Of a stretch of 64,000 nt of DNA, positions 38,281-50,400 are shown piece by piece. The stretch is from the NCBI RefSeq assembly GCF_018977255.1, contig NW_024704742.1:134046001-134110000 (forward strand), written 5' to 3'. The position numbers and the translations under genes were made by a program. The notes beneath the pieces were generated by a model. It worked only from the letters and a program-made list of their open reading frames with translations. It was not told the origin of the DNA and made no database searches. Position 1 is the stretch's first letter, and each line of letters opens with the position of its first letter. The DNA comes from Callorhinchus milii (lineage: Eukaryota).

Positions 38281-41200
38281 GTCTAACATTTAATCTGAAG
38301 TACAGCACCTCCAACAATGCCATGTACTGCACTGAAGTGTCAGCGACTATTGAGTTCAAAGTACCAACATGAGGCTTGAACCCACAACCTTCTACTCAGA
38401 TGTAAGACTACCAACTGAGCCAGGCTGACACAAGGTAAGGACAGAATTCTACCACGCATAAAAGCTTCCGAAGTCTTTGGCTTGACATGAGGTTTGGCTG
38501 CTTGGGAGAGGTACCAAGGGTCCATACCCACAAAATATACAGTCAATTCACTTTACAGTATATTCTGTGAAGCGCTTTGAGACATCGCAAAGACGTGATA
38601 GGCCCTACACCAAATGCAAGGAATATTATTATTACCCTAGCAGGAAGTTGTTGCGCTCAGGACAGGAAATGCAATAAGAGAAAGCCTAATCAGATCAGCT
38701 GCAGCAAAATAGAGACAAATTAAGAGAAACAGATAAAACTAATTTTAGATGCAAGCCAATAATCCTTGAGGAATCCTTTTAAAGTGCCATTGCTTTACGT
38801 AGCCTCACATGTGCAGGAGGTAAAGTGGCATGGAATTAAATTACAGCAGATCATCTGATCAAGACAAAATGCCTGTCACTCACTCTTAAGCAATTTGCAG
38901 TTAATTAGTTTAATTGGAAAACAAGTAAAGAAGGGCAGCATTAATACACTGTACCTTTACTTGATGAAATGAACAAACCTCATGCCGCTGGGAAGGCAGA
39001 TGGTTTTATTGCCTCTCTCTAAGGGGATGGACATCCAATCCTGTTAAATTGGATGTTATATTATAATTATTATTATAATAATGATTACTATAATGATCTC
39101 TCACCAAATTAGAGCTTCCTGATACTTTTTAAACTTGAATGAAACACTTTGAAAACAGACACACTGTAATGTAAATTCCACTGTAAAAAACAATTGGTCA
39201 TTATTACTTTCCAGCAGAAACAATGGCGAAAAACAGGTGAACAATATTTCCCTAAGTAGACGGATGTAAAAAACATAATCAGTTAATGTACAGAGTGTCC
39301 ACAAAGTCCTGTTATCCCTTTTTTTTTACACAGTGCACTGACCAACAACTGAAACATGCGGAAGAATGATAATAAATGATGTATTTAGAAGTATTTCATT
39401 ATATTCAGTAGAGGATCGGTGTGTGAGTGCCATCACTTTCATGACAGATAATGATCCGTCACCATGTTTGGTGCAATATCTTGCGTAACATGGATAATAA
39501 TAATAATAATCTTTGCATTTGATATAATAATAACAATCCTTGCATTTGATATAGCAGCTTATCACGTCTCAAAGCGCTTCACAGAATAAATTGTAAAGTT
39601 AATTGACTGAATATTTTGTGGGCGAAATATGGCAGCCAATTGCACACAGCAGCGTCCACAAATAATCGTGGATTGAGTGACCAAAATTTTTTTTAAGTGA
39701 TTATTACCCCTGGAAAAACAATCCGCCAATCAAGTAATAACTGGGTTCCTACTTACTACTAGGTAATCAGAGGCGTGTGGAGTAAGGAAACTTGCCCAAC
39801 GTTTCACCCTGTCGGGAATCAAACCCAGGTCTTCTCGCTTGTGAGGCAAGTAACTACTAACCTGCAGGATGGAGTGACAAGGAAGTCACTGGTATCAGAT
39901 ACTGTTACACTCAACTCATCTGCAACAGAAAATAAAAGTTCACTCTAAGAAGGAAAACAGGTAACAGGACTTTGTGAACATCTTGTACAAACAACAGGCT
40001 TGGCAAATCTCTTAATATAGTGTTTCATCCTTTTTGAGAGTCTCATTGGGTTTAACGTAAGATAGAGTGAGTCTATAAATACGTCAGTGATCAAGTCATT
40101 AAATAAAATTGGCTTCTCACCTTTGTTTTTCACCCTCCTTCTCTCACGCCCCACCCCAGACCTAACTATCGTGATTAATGATGAGCAAACTGACTCAAAC
40201 CTCTGCATTTATTTTAACTGAGCTAAGCCATGGAGGCTTGATATGACCCTATTAATGTTAATCAGCATTAACTTAATGTAACAGCACCGTAATGCGTAAT
40301 CTTCAAGTAATATAAAACCAGGGGATAAAGTCTAAAAACTTTAATAGCATTCAGAAAAATCTCTCTCCTCCCCCACCACGCACCCCTTGCCCCAAAAAGC
40401 AGTAAACAATATACCACCTCTTGTGTGTGTGTGTGTCCATATACTGTAACAAAGGAAACAAGTCTATTGAACCTTCTGCCCACACCCCACCCCCACAGGT
40501 TGTGCTAATTCCTATTTAAACAAACTCACAAAAGGGTGCATTCTTCGTGTGGAAAATATTATAGAGAAGGAAGTCCTTGTTTCTATTTAAGGATCTGGAA
40601 ACAGAGCAAAGAGATTAAGTTCCAGGGGGGTATTCTCTCTCTCTCTCTCTCTCTTTCTGTGTATTTGTGTGTGTGTATGTACCCTGTTCAACTCAAATTG
40701 CAAACAGCTATAAATGGGAAGAATCAGAGAAAGGCAAAGACTATTGAAGAGAACAAATAGACAGCATGGGAAAGCATATGTAAATTAAAGGGTGACAATA
40801 CACCTTGAGCTGATTGCTTAGAGGATCCTCCGCTCACTCACTCACCCACCCACCCACCCTCCCCAAGCCAACCCTATTGACTCACTTTTTAATTGTACAC
40901 AATGGCAGCAGCTAAATCGTTTTCTATCCCTCCTCAACATGTTTCCCTGACAACCTGCCATCGATTGTTAGTGAATTGTATGTAGAGAGAAGCCCGGAGT
41001 CTGGTATGATTGTAAATAAAGGATAACGGCGTTGTCATTAGAAACGCTCAGATGTCCTAAACTGGCTTAAATTGGAAAGCGCCTTAAGCCCTTTAGCGGC
41101 GTGTGGGCATTAGATTAAGGTGCAGCTATTCTGCCCCCTGTTCTAATTGCAGCGATCACTTTAACCTTGTGTTTGTTTTATTTAAAGTGGGACAGATAAG

Positions 41201-44200
41201 TGGGTGTGTACCTTAAATATTGAGAGGTGTCAGAGCCTCCAGGCTTTGCATTCCAAAGCAACCTGATTGCTACCATCTCGCAAAAAAATTAAAGGATTAA
41301 AGTAACTTGTATACACACACACATATATATATAAACCATCACTTAACACAAATGCAGATCCATATGTAAATCTGTGGAGTGCAGTAGTATAATAATTAGT
41401 GTGCTAGTCTCACAAGCTAGAGGACCCGGGTTCAATTCCAAGACGGGGCAAAATCTTAGGCAACTTTCCTTACTCCACACAACTTTGTTTCCCTAACAGT
41501 AAGTAGGAACCCAGTTGTTAGTCGATTTGCAGATCGCTTTCCAGGGGTAATAATCCCTCAATAATATTTGGTCACTCAATCCATGACTGTTTGTGGGACA
41601 CTGCTGTGCACAATCGATGCTGAGTTTTGCCCACAAAATACACAGTCAATTCACTTTACGGTATATTCCGTGAAGTGCTTTGAGATGTATCAACAGGTGA
41701 TAAGACACTATATCAAATGCAAGGATTATTATCATATTATTATTAGTCTATAATTCACTTACAGATATGGGGTTACTACACTTTACAGCTAATCCTGAAA
41801 AGCCCGTTGAGACGTTTTGATGACGTGGTAAGTGCAAGGATTATTATTTTATTGCTATAATTGGTTCAAATAGCCCAGACAGTTGTGACATTGAATGAGG
41901 AATAAAACAACACACCTGCGTATGTGTTAGCAATGTGTCAGCCTGGCTCAGTTGACAGCACTCATGCTTCCCAGCCAGAAGGTTGTGGGTTGAAATATCA
42001 TGTTCAGACTTTGAGCTCGTTGTCCCAGACTGACATTGCAGGACAGTGCTGGAGGTGTGCTGCATTTTCAGAAGTGTCGTCTTTACACGAGGCATAAACC
42101 CAATGTCTCGTCTGGCTGTTCAGGTGAATGTTAAAGATCCAGTGAGCATGTCTTGAATAGAATAGGGAGTTTACCCCAATATCCTGCCTCCAATCCCCAA
42201 GATAAAATCTGTTATTCACTTCACGGCTGTTTGTGGGACACATTGATGAACCAATTGGACGCTGTGTTTGCTTACATTCACAGCATCTAATTTGCACATA
42301 ATAATAATCCTTGCATTTGATATGGCACCTTATCACGTCGTTGAGACATCTCAGAAAGCTTCACAGAATATATTGACTGTATTTTGTGGACAAAACGCAG
42401 CAGACAATTGTGCACAGCAGTGCCCCACAAACAGTCATGTAGTGAGTAACCACATTTTTTTTAAGGGATTATTACCCCTTGGAAAGTGATCCGTCAATAC
42501 ACTACTTACTGCAAGGTCTCTACTTACTGCAAGGTAAACAGCAATGTGTGGACTAAGAAAATTTGCCTAAGGATTCGTCCCACTCAGCAATCGAGCTCGG
42601 GTCCTCTAACTTGCGAGTTGAGTGCACTGACCACTAGGCTACTGGACTCCATATAGAAGTATCCCACCTGTGAATGCAGGTGTGGAGTGTGCAGATCAGT
42701 GCTTGAAGCCTGAATGAGATCCAGCAAGACTGTAACATGCAAGGGAACAAAAGTGTGCAAGTGATTGCCTGGACAGTCTCGTTGCATTACTTGGAGGATC
42801 TGAAAGAAACTGCCACGTTATTTAGTGAAGCACTAAAGCACTAAAGTACATTTTAACGGGCTTTATGATTCCCTTAAGTGGCCATGTATAATAATAATAA
42901 TCCTTGCATTTGATATAGCGCCTTCTCACTTCTTCGAGACATCTCAAAGCGCTTCACAGAAGATTCTGTAATGTGAACTGACTGAGTATTTTGTGGGTGA
43001 GTGCATGGGCATGTTTAAGATGCAAATCCATAAATTCATAAACCTGAGCACTACCAAATCTGAGTGGGGAAAAAATAAGGTAGTAGTGTGGTGAGGCACT
43101 AATGGGGTATGGAAAGAGAGAGAGAGAGAGAATGATTGGAAAAAAAGCAACTTATTCTTCTCACGGATGAATTAATTAAAGATAAAATCCTATTAGATCA
43201 TCAATTAATAATGTATCGCCGTTTCCAGTGAAGGCTACAGACACACCATGTACCTAATGGGCCCTGATTGGCAAATAGGTTTCCCTCTGGGGAGATTACC
43301 ACTGACAAACTGTTAAGACAAGCTGCTCAGTAATTGCTTTGGATGGTTAACAAGGGCATTTGTCGTTCTGCAGCGCCTTTCCCCCCCCTAAAGCCCCTTA
43401 CTTACATCACTGCCGATTACAAGCAGCAAAGTAATTACTGAGTATCTGTGTGTGTGTGTGTGTGTGTGTGTGCTCCCGGTACTGTTTCAAGCGCTCCGAG
43501 ACACTGCCCTGCAGGAAGGACGCTATATTTCACCCACGAGGGCACGTTTCGCCCGCAAAATACACAGTCAATCCACTTCACAGTATATTCTGTGAAGGGT
43601 TTCAACGTTGAGACATCTCAACGACGCGATAAGGCGCTATATCAAATGCAAATGCAAGGGTTATTAATATTATTGTATGAATATAAATTGCTGTTGTATC
43701 TGCCAGAACTTTTTGGAGATTATTATTATGGTAAACAAAAAAAAGCAAGGGGGAAAAAGATACACATAGACACACACATACACTTTAACACCACATTTTC
43801 TGACTCCAAAAGCGTGAGAAAAGATAACCTCCTTCCCTGAATTGTTTGGTCTCAGTTTCGTTTTAATACCAGTAAATTTCCGTTTCGCAGGTTCCTGGAT
43901 TGTATTTTTTGTTGAATTCCATGCAAAAGAAGCTAAAACTATTTGGCTCCCTGACTCCCATTCGATTTGGTCTCGAAACAACGAATGATGAGCGTATAAA
44001 GAGCGCAATTTACTTCTAATTTCGCTACACGATGGGAATTTGATGCGTAAACGCTTTTCTCTCTCTCTCTCTCTACACAAATAATGTTAACTTTCTTTAA
44101 GAAGCTTGAACCTGAGTAAACTTTAACTAAAAGTAAAGTCCAGCCGACAAGATGTAATACTCATCAGTGTGACTTAAGGGACTCCTAGGCACAGTGTCTT

Positions 44201-44320
44201 TGCACTAATTTATTTCTGTTGGATGAATAAATAAATCATACACTGATAATCTGTGTGTTTGTAAGAAACATGCAATTGTCTGTCTCATCTTGTTCTGAGT
44301 TAACAAGGTTTGCTCTAGTC

Positions 44321-44440
44321 TAATCCCTAGCCCTCCCTTTTTATCCCCCCACCCCCAACACACACACACACAGATACACCAATTCCTTTATCAACACGAC
44401 AGCTGGGAGACGCAAAGACTTCTCTTAAGATTTATAAGGG
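44321..44440 (+). promoter_or_regulatory. Candidate RAX proximal promoter
   Basis: OTX/CRX-type TAATCC at 44321 and TATA-like TTTATAAGG at 44431, in repeat-free DNA about 600 bp upstream of the ATG. Confidence 0.35.
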
Positions 44441-44734
44441 AAGGCACATTGCAGAGAGAGGGGAGAAGTTTGGAGGAAGGCGGATTGAAGACTGATTTAA
44501 CTAGAGGAGGAGGAGAAGGAGGAGGAGAGAGGGCTGATTACTTGATACTTGGCTCTCAGTTGTGCATGGGTGACACTGGCTCTGAGCTGAGAGCAAGCCT
44601 GTCGTGTCAGTCTCCCTTTACAGGCAGTTATCAACGAGGACAACTTTGTATTATTTTCCCTATTATTGCAGCACCTCATTCTAAGTGAGAACTTTCCGCA
44701 ATTGCTTGTGGCCAAGATTATTGAGACTGGGGAC

Positions 44735-45036
44735 GAGAGAGATAGAGAGAGAGAAAAAGAGAGAGAGAGAGTGAGAGAGAAAGAGAGAGAAAGAGAGAGA
44801 AGGGGAAAAAGCTGGAGAGACAAGATAGATTTTGCAACAAGAAAGGAATAGGGAGCATTAAAAAGCAATAAGATCGATTCAGGAGAGAGAAGGGGGAAAG
44901 AAAGTGACAGGAACAGCAATCGCCACTTCACTGTAAAGGTGATTGATTTATTCATTGATTGGTTGATTAATTGATTGGTTGGTTGATTGATCAATTGATT
45001 GATTGGTTAATTGATTGGTTGATTGATTGGTTGATC
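44735..45036 (+). repeat. (GA)n tract (44735-44800) and (GATT/GGTT)n microsatellite (44940-45036) upstream of the RAX ATG
   Basis: Directly visible simple repeats. Confidence 0.9.
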
Positions 45037-45037
45037 G

Positions 45038-45290
45038 ATGCGGTTCCTCGGCTCAGGACAAGCCATGGAGCCAAGCTTGTCGCCTTCTGGCAACTTGGGA
45101 AGGAGCTCAGGGAGCTCGGCTTCCCGGGTGCACAGCATCGAGGCGATTCTCGGCTTCAGTAAAGACCATCCCAGCCCCCAGACCATCTCCAGGGCATTGG
45201 AAACCACAGGCAAAGGCAGCAGCGCCCGGGACTGCTTCAACCCTGTGTCCAACTTAAAGTATGAGCCAGAGAACTCACCAAGTTTCGAAG
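45038..45290 (+). CDS. RAX: Retinal homeobox RAX/Rx coding exon 1 (octapeptide)
   Basis: MRFLGSGQAMEPSLSPSGNLGRSSGSSASRVHSIEAILGFSKD parallels human MHLPGCAPAMADGSFSLAGHLLRSPGGSTSRLHSIEAILGFTKD. Donor G|GTAAAA (phase 1). A second in-frame ATG at 45065 is an alternative start. Confidence 0.92.
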
Positions 45291-45314
45291 GTAAAATACT
45301 TTATTTTCTCTCTT

Positions 45315-45349
<35 letters not shown>

Positions 45350-47248
45350 CTCTGTACGTAATATAAATCTCTTTCTCTCTCTCTCCATGTATATATAATA
45401 TATAATAATAATCCTTGCCTAATTTCCTTGCCTAATTTGATGCATAAACGCTTTTCTCTCTCTCCCTCTCTCTACACAAATAATGTTAACTTTCTTTAAG
45501 AAGCTTGAACCTTAAGTTCTCAAAGCGCTTCACCGAACAGACTGCAAATTAAGTGTGTATTTGTGTGAGCGAAACAAATATAATATGAATCAAATCAAAG
45601 TACAGCATCAGATTTAAAGTATAGGTGAAAGAACTCACCAAGTTTTGAAGGCAAAATACTTTATCCTCTCTCTTTCTTTCTCTCTCTCTAGATATATATG
45701 ATATCAATATATATTTACAATGAATTTAATAATAATAATCCCTGCATTTCATATAGCACCTTATCATATCATTCAGACATCTCAAAGAGCTTCACAAAAG
45801 TGTGTAAAGTGAATTGACTGTGTATCTTGTGGGCGAAATTTGATATGAATGTGAACATTAATTTAAATACAATCAAAATACGCTTTACAGTATGTCCTGT
45901 GAAGCGCTTTGAGGTGTTTCAACAATGCGATAAGGGGTTATATCAATATAAGGAATATCATTTATATATTTGAATAGTATGTACAGTATGATATAGTATA
46001 TAGGTAGTTTGGGACATATGTGCATGCGACTGCCAGGAAGGTGGAAAGCGAACTAGGTGGACCGTGATCTTTTTTGTCTAGCATTTCTTATGTTATTAAT
46101 CATGATATATAGGTAAATATGAATGTATATAATGTATCATTTTGATTCTGAACGTAGTTCAAAACTGAGTCATTTGTTTTATTTACCTTTTTTCCTGTAA
46201 AAACGCATTAATGGTTTAATAATAATAATAACAATAATGTTTGCATTTGATATAGCGTTGTATCACATTGTCAAAACATCTCAAAGAGCTTCACAGGATA
46301 CTGTAAAGTGGTTTGACTGAGTATTTTGATTTAAAATAAACACATCAATGGGTTTATTAATTTAAATAAAATGCATTAACAACAATAATATTCCTCGCAT
46401 TTGCTATCACGCCTTATCACATCTTCAAGACATCTCAAAAGTGCTTCACAGAATGTAGTGTAAAGTTAATTGACTATATATTTTAGGGCGAAATCCAGCA
46501 GCCAATTGTGCACAGCAGTGTCCCACAAATGGTCACGGATTGAGTGACAATTTTTTTTTAAAAAGGAATTATTACCCCCAGAAAACCAATCCCCCAATTG
46601 ACTAACAACTGGGTTCCTACTTACTACCAGGTAAACAGAGGCGTGTGGAGTAAGGAAATGTTGCCCAAAGTTTCACTCTGCTGGGAATTGAACCCAGATC
46701 TCTCGCTCGCAAGGCGAGTGCTCTAACCACTGAGCTACAGGACTCCCGTAACGGATTTAATTTAAACACAACAAATCTATTTGATTTCACAGCGTTGCTT
46801 GAGGTTTTTGTTGTATAAAAGTTTTTTTTATTGGCAGGCGTGAGTAGTAAATTGCTAACTTTTAAAGTAATCCATGAATGAAATGTAGCAAACGTGTAAT
46901 TTTTTTTGATAGGTTGCTTAGAAATGTTACGCCGAAATATAAAGAATAAGTTTACTAAACTTTAGATTCTAATTTCTTTGGCCGATTTTACAATGTAAAA
47001 TAAAAAGAGAGAAAAGGGTTTTAAAAGCAAGAGGTTAAAGAGCGAAGGGTTAGAAACTAAGTTATTCGTTAAATTTAACAATGCAACAATAATAATCCTT
47101 GCATTTGATAAAGTGCCTTATCACATCATTGAGATGTCTCAAAGTGCTTCACAGAATATACTGTGAATTCATCTTGTGGGCAAAACTTTGGAATAATATG
47201 AAACCAAAATAATAATAAAATCGGTGTCCAATTCTTTCCCGGTTGCAG

Positions 47249-47490
47249 ATTCGTTTTGTTCGAGCAACGGAGAAGGGGTGCGGGCAGACTTAGCGAAAGT
47301 AAAACACGGAGGAGAAAATAAACAGGCGAACGAGGAACAGCCCAAGAAAAAGCACAGGAGAAACCGCACCACCTTCACGACCTACCAGCTGCACGAGCTG
47401 GAGCGAGCCTTTGAGAAGTCACATTACCCTGATGTGTACAGCAGAGAGGAGCTCGCGGTGAAAATCACCCTCCCCGAGGTCAGAGTGCAG
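47249..47490 (+). CDS. RAX: RAX coding exon 2 (homeodomain helices 1-2 and start of helix 3)
   Basis: Acceptor TTGCAG. Reads ...[51 protein letters not shown]. Donor CAG|GTGAGA at the classic paired-class VQ|VWF intron. Confidence 0.97.
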
Positions 47491-50400
47491 GTGAGAGTCA
47501 GTCCCCACCCATCCCTCACTGCTCATCTTGTACACACAACAACAACAACTTGCACTTATATAGCACCCCTCACACAGGATCTCTGTGGTGTGTATGTGTG
47601 TGTGCTGTCATGCCTTCAGCCCAACTAACGCTGGTCTATCCAGTGCCTTGGGATGTCCTCACAACGTGAGAGACGCTATACCACAACAACTTGCATTTAT
47701 ATGGCGCCCTTCATATTGGGTAGCGTCCCAGAGCGCTTAACAGTGGCGGAGTCTGACCCAGAGCCGGGGGGAGGGGGGGAGGAGAGGAAGGGGGGAGGTG
47801 ACCGTGAGCACGATCAAAAAGGAAGGTCTTTTGGTGGGATTTGAAAGTGAGGAGGGAGGGGGCAGGGCAGTGGGATTTGAGGAGAGAGTTTCAGGGCATA
47901 GAGACTGAAAGCACGAATGTAATTTGTTGTTGTTGTTGCACACAGTGTATTTGTATGTGGTGTGTGTGTGTGTATACTTACCTGCCTTCAGCTCCCCTGT
48001 CCCTCACTGCTGTCTGTTACACACAGTGAGTGAGTGAGTGTGTGTGTATATGTGTAAGATTTCCTGCCTTCAGTGAGTCAGTATGAAAAATCCACAGGCT
48101 CAAAGGAGCAGATGCTGGAGCTTTTGGAAAAAGGAGGGCGAAACAAATGGAGTTAGTTGAATAGCTAATTGGGTTAGTTGGAATGATATTTAGTTGGTTG
48201 GATAGTTAATTGGATAGATAGATGGATGGAAAGTTGCCCAAGTCTCTGCAGATTGCTGGGTGCAATGATAGGCAAAGTTACCAAAGTTTTATTTCAATCA
48301 AGTGTCATTCCCAGCCGATCCATTCCGTTCCCTCCCCCTTAAAATCCTCACAGGGGTTTGTGTAACGAGTCTGTTGATTTTCGTTGTCGCTATTTGTTGT
48401 GATGTCGCAAACGCTGGTTCCATCTTGAAATGACTATTTTACCCCTCTTTTTTTGGTCCTTAAACTCCCCGAATGTGGCGCATTTCCTACAGGCTCTGAT
48501 TGTCACACGGGCGAAAATGAGCAAAATTCGCAACGCGTTCAAGGTGATCACTGATCACAAGGGATAATTATCGTATCGAACGGGTTGGGAATCGCTGCCT
48601 TGTGCCCCAGCAATCCCGAGCAATAGTTTATTTTCGATATCGAAATTTCCTTTTTGCAAATATCCACTTTAAAAAAAAGTTCAGTGGATTTTTGCGGTAT
48701 TTCCATTCGGACCCGCAGATACAGTATGAAAGTTGCCAAGTGTATATCTCGTACCGAGAGTCGTGTAAGTCGTATCATTGCCTGAATTGAACGTTTTGAA
48801 CCAAAATCAGGAACATCAAAGTTGTGATACTTTTGTGCTAATGTGATTCTATAACTTTGAAGTTTGTCTTGTGGTGTTAAAAAGAGCGCAAAATCTAAAT
48901 TGTCTCAGCTCTCCACTGTTTTCCTGATGGAAGAGAGTTACGAAAACTGAGGCACATTAACCTGGTTAGTAAGTTCCTTAAAATGCGCTTTTGCCAGTAG
49001 CTACAAGCGTTTGCGAAAGCGTGTTAAAATATTAATCATTACTCTGATCTAATAATATCAATTATTAATTAATATTAATCATTATTATAATAATATTGTA
49101 ATTACAATAATAATCAAGTTATTATAATAATAATTAGTAGATGATTGTTAGGCTAACATCTGAGAAATCATATAGAAAAGGCGAGTTTATCTTTTAACGG
49201 GGAAAGACTCATATATATCAATCAATAGCCTTTTTTTTTTGAACAAAACAACCGATAGTGAACTAAACCGGGACACGTTAACTCAAACCGAGTTCATTCA
49301 CGCTACGCAGTCACAAGGTGCTCTGAGTCGCTTGCAGTGGTATATTGACAGAAGCTTGAGAATGCAGCCAAAAATTTTGGTACAAAGTGGAGATTGACCC
49401 CTCCAGAAAAGCAATGGGGTTAATGGGGTTATGGGGTTAATTTGATGGGTTAATATCTAATAACTAATAATAATTATCAATGAAGATTGATTGAGGATTG
49501 AAGCCCAAACCCCCCAAAAATGCAATAGTAAATTAAAATAGTGTAAAAAAAAGTACCTATACAGATATATAGTATATAATATGTACATCATAGATTATTG
49601 TACAATGTATACTACATTATATATTGTTTGTGTGTATATTGTGTGTGTATATGTGTATTAATAATTATATAGGTAAATATCAAGTGTTACGGTTAGAAAA
49701 CCATTGGAATATTGGAATAATCTATTGTCTGCTTAATTTTTTTAAACTTATTCCCTGACTCTAGTCTGATTTATTTAAAGTTATTGGTAAGCTCTCGCTA
49801 TATAAGGTGTGTGCACATGTATAAGTAGTACAGTTGTGCATGTACGAACTCAAGACAATTTAGTTGAAGTTTATTGCAAATTAGAAAAACTGATCCCTTA
49901 GTTTTGAGGCTTGTACTAAGATTCAGTTGTACTTTTTTTCAACTCAACTAAGCCCCATTTTTTTCAAGCCCACGGGGTTTAAACCGTTAAATGCTACAAA
50001 TCGACTTTGGAAGCCTGTTGGAAATAATTCTCCAAATTATTTGCCTGTCTTGTATACAGAGAAAAAGATTTTTTTTTAAAAAGTCTTGAGTTTTTGTTTA
50101 ACCCACGAGAGCGCCCTAATTTAGTACATTTGACAAGTAATAATAATGGTTGCAAATGAAATAATTAATGCTGCAATTGAAATAGTAAAACAGAAGCAAA
50201 TAAACGACTTGTTTCTTTGCTTCTGAATTACCGTTTATTGATAATAATAATAATAATAATAATAATCCTTGCATTTTGATATAGCGCTTTTCACGTCTTC
50301 TAGACGTCTCAAAGCGCATCACAGAATATACTGTAAAGTGAATTGACTGTATATTTGTGGGCAAACGCAGCAGCCAATTGCGCACAGCAGTGTCCCACAA

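Noticed and set aside
39289..39310. TACAGAGTGTCCACAAAGTC, resembling a Tc1/mariner TIR
   Set aside because: I found no partner inverted terminus or transposase remnant.
44497..44994. 165-aa minus-strand ORF antisense to the RAX 5' region
   Set aside because: It is open only because of the (CT)n and (AATC)n microsatellites; the product is low-complexity.
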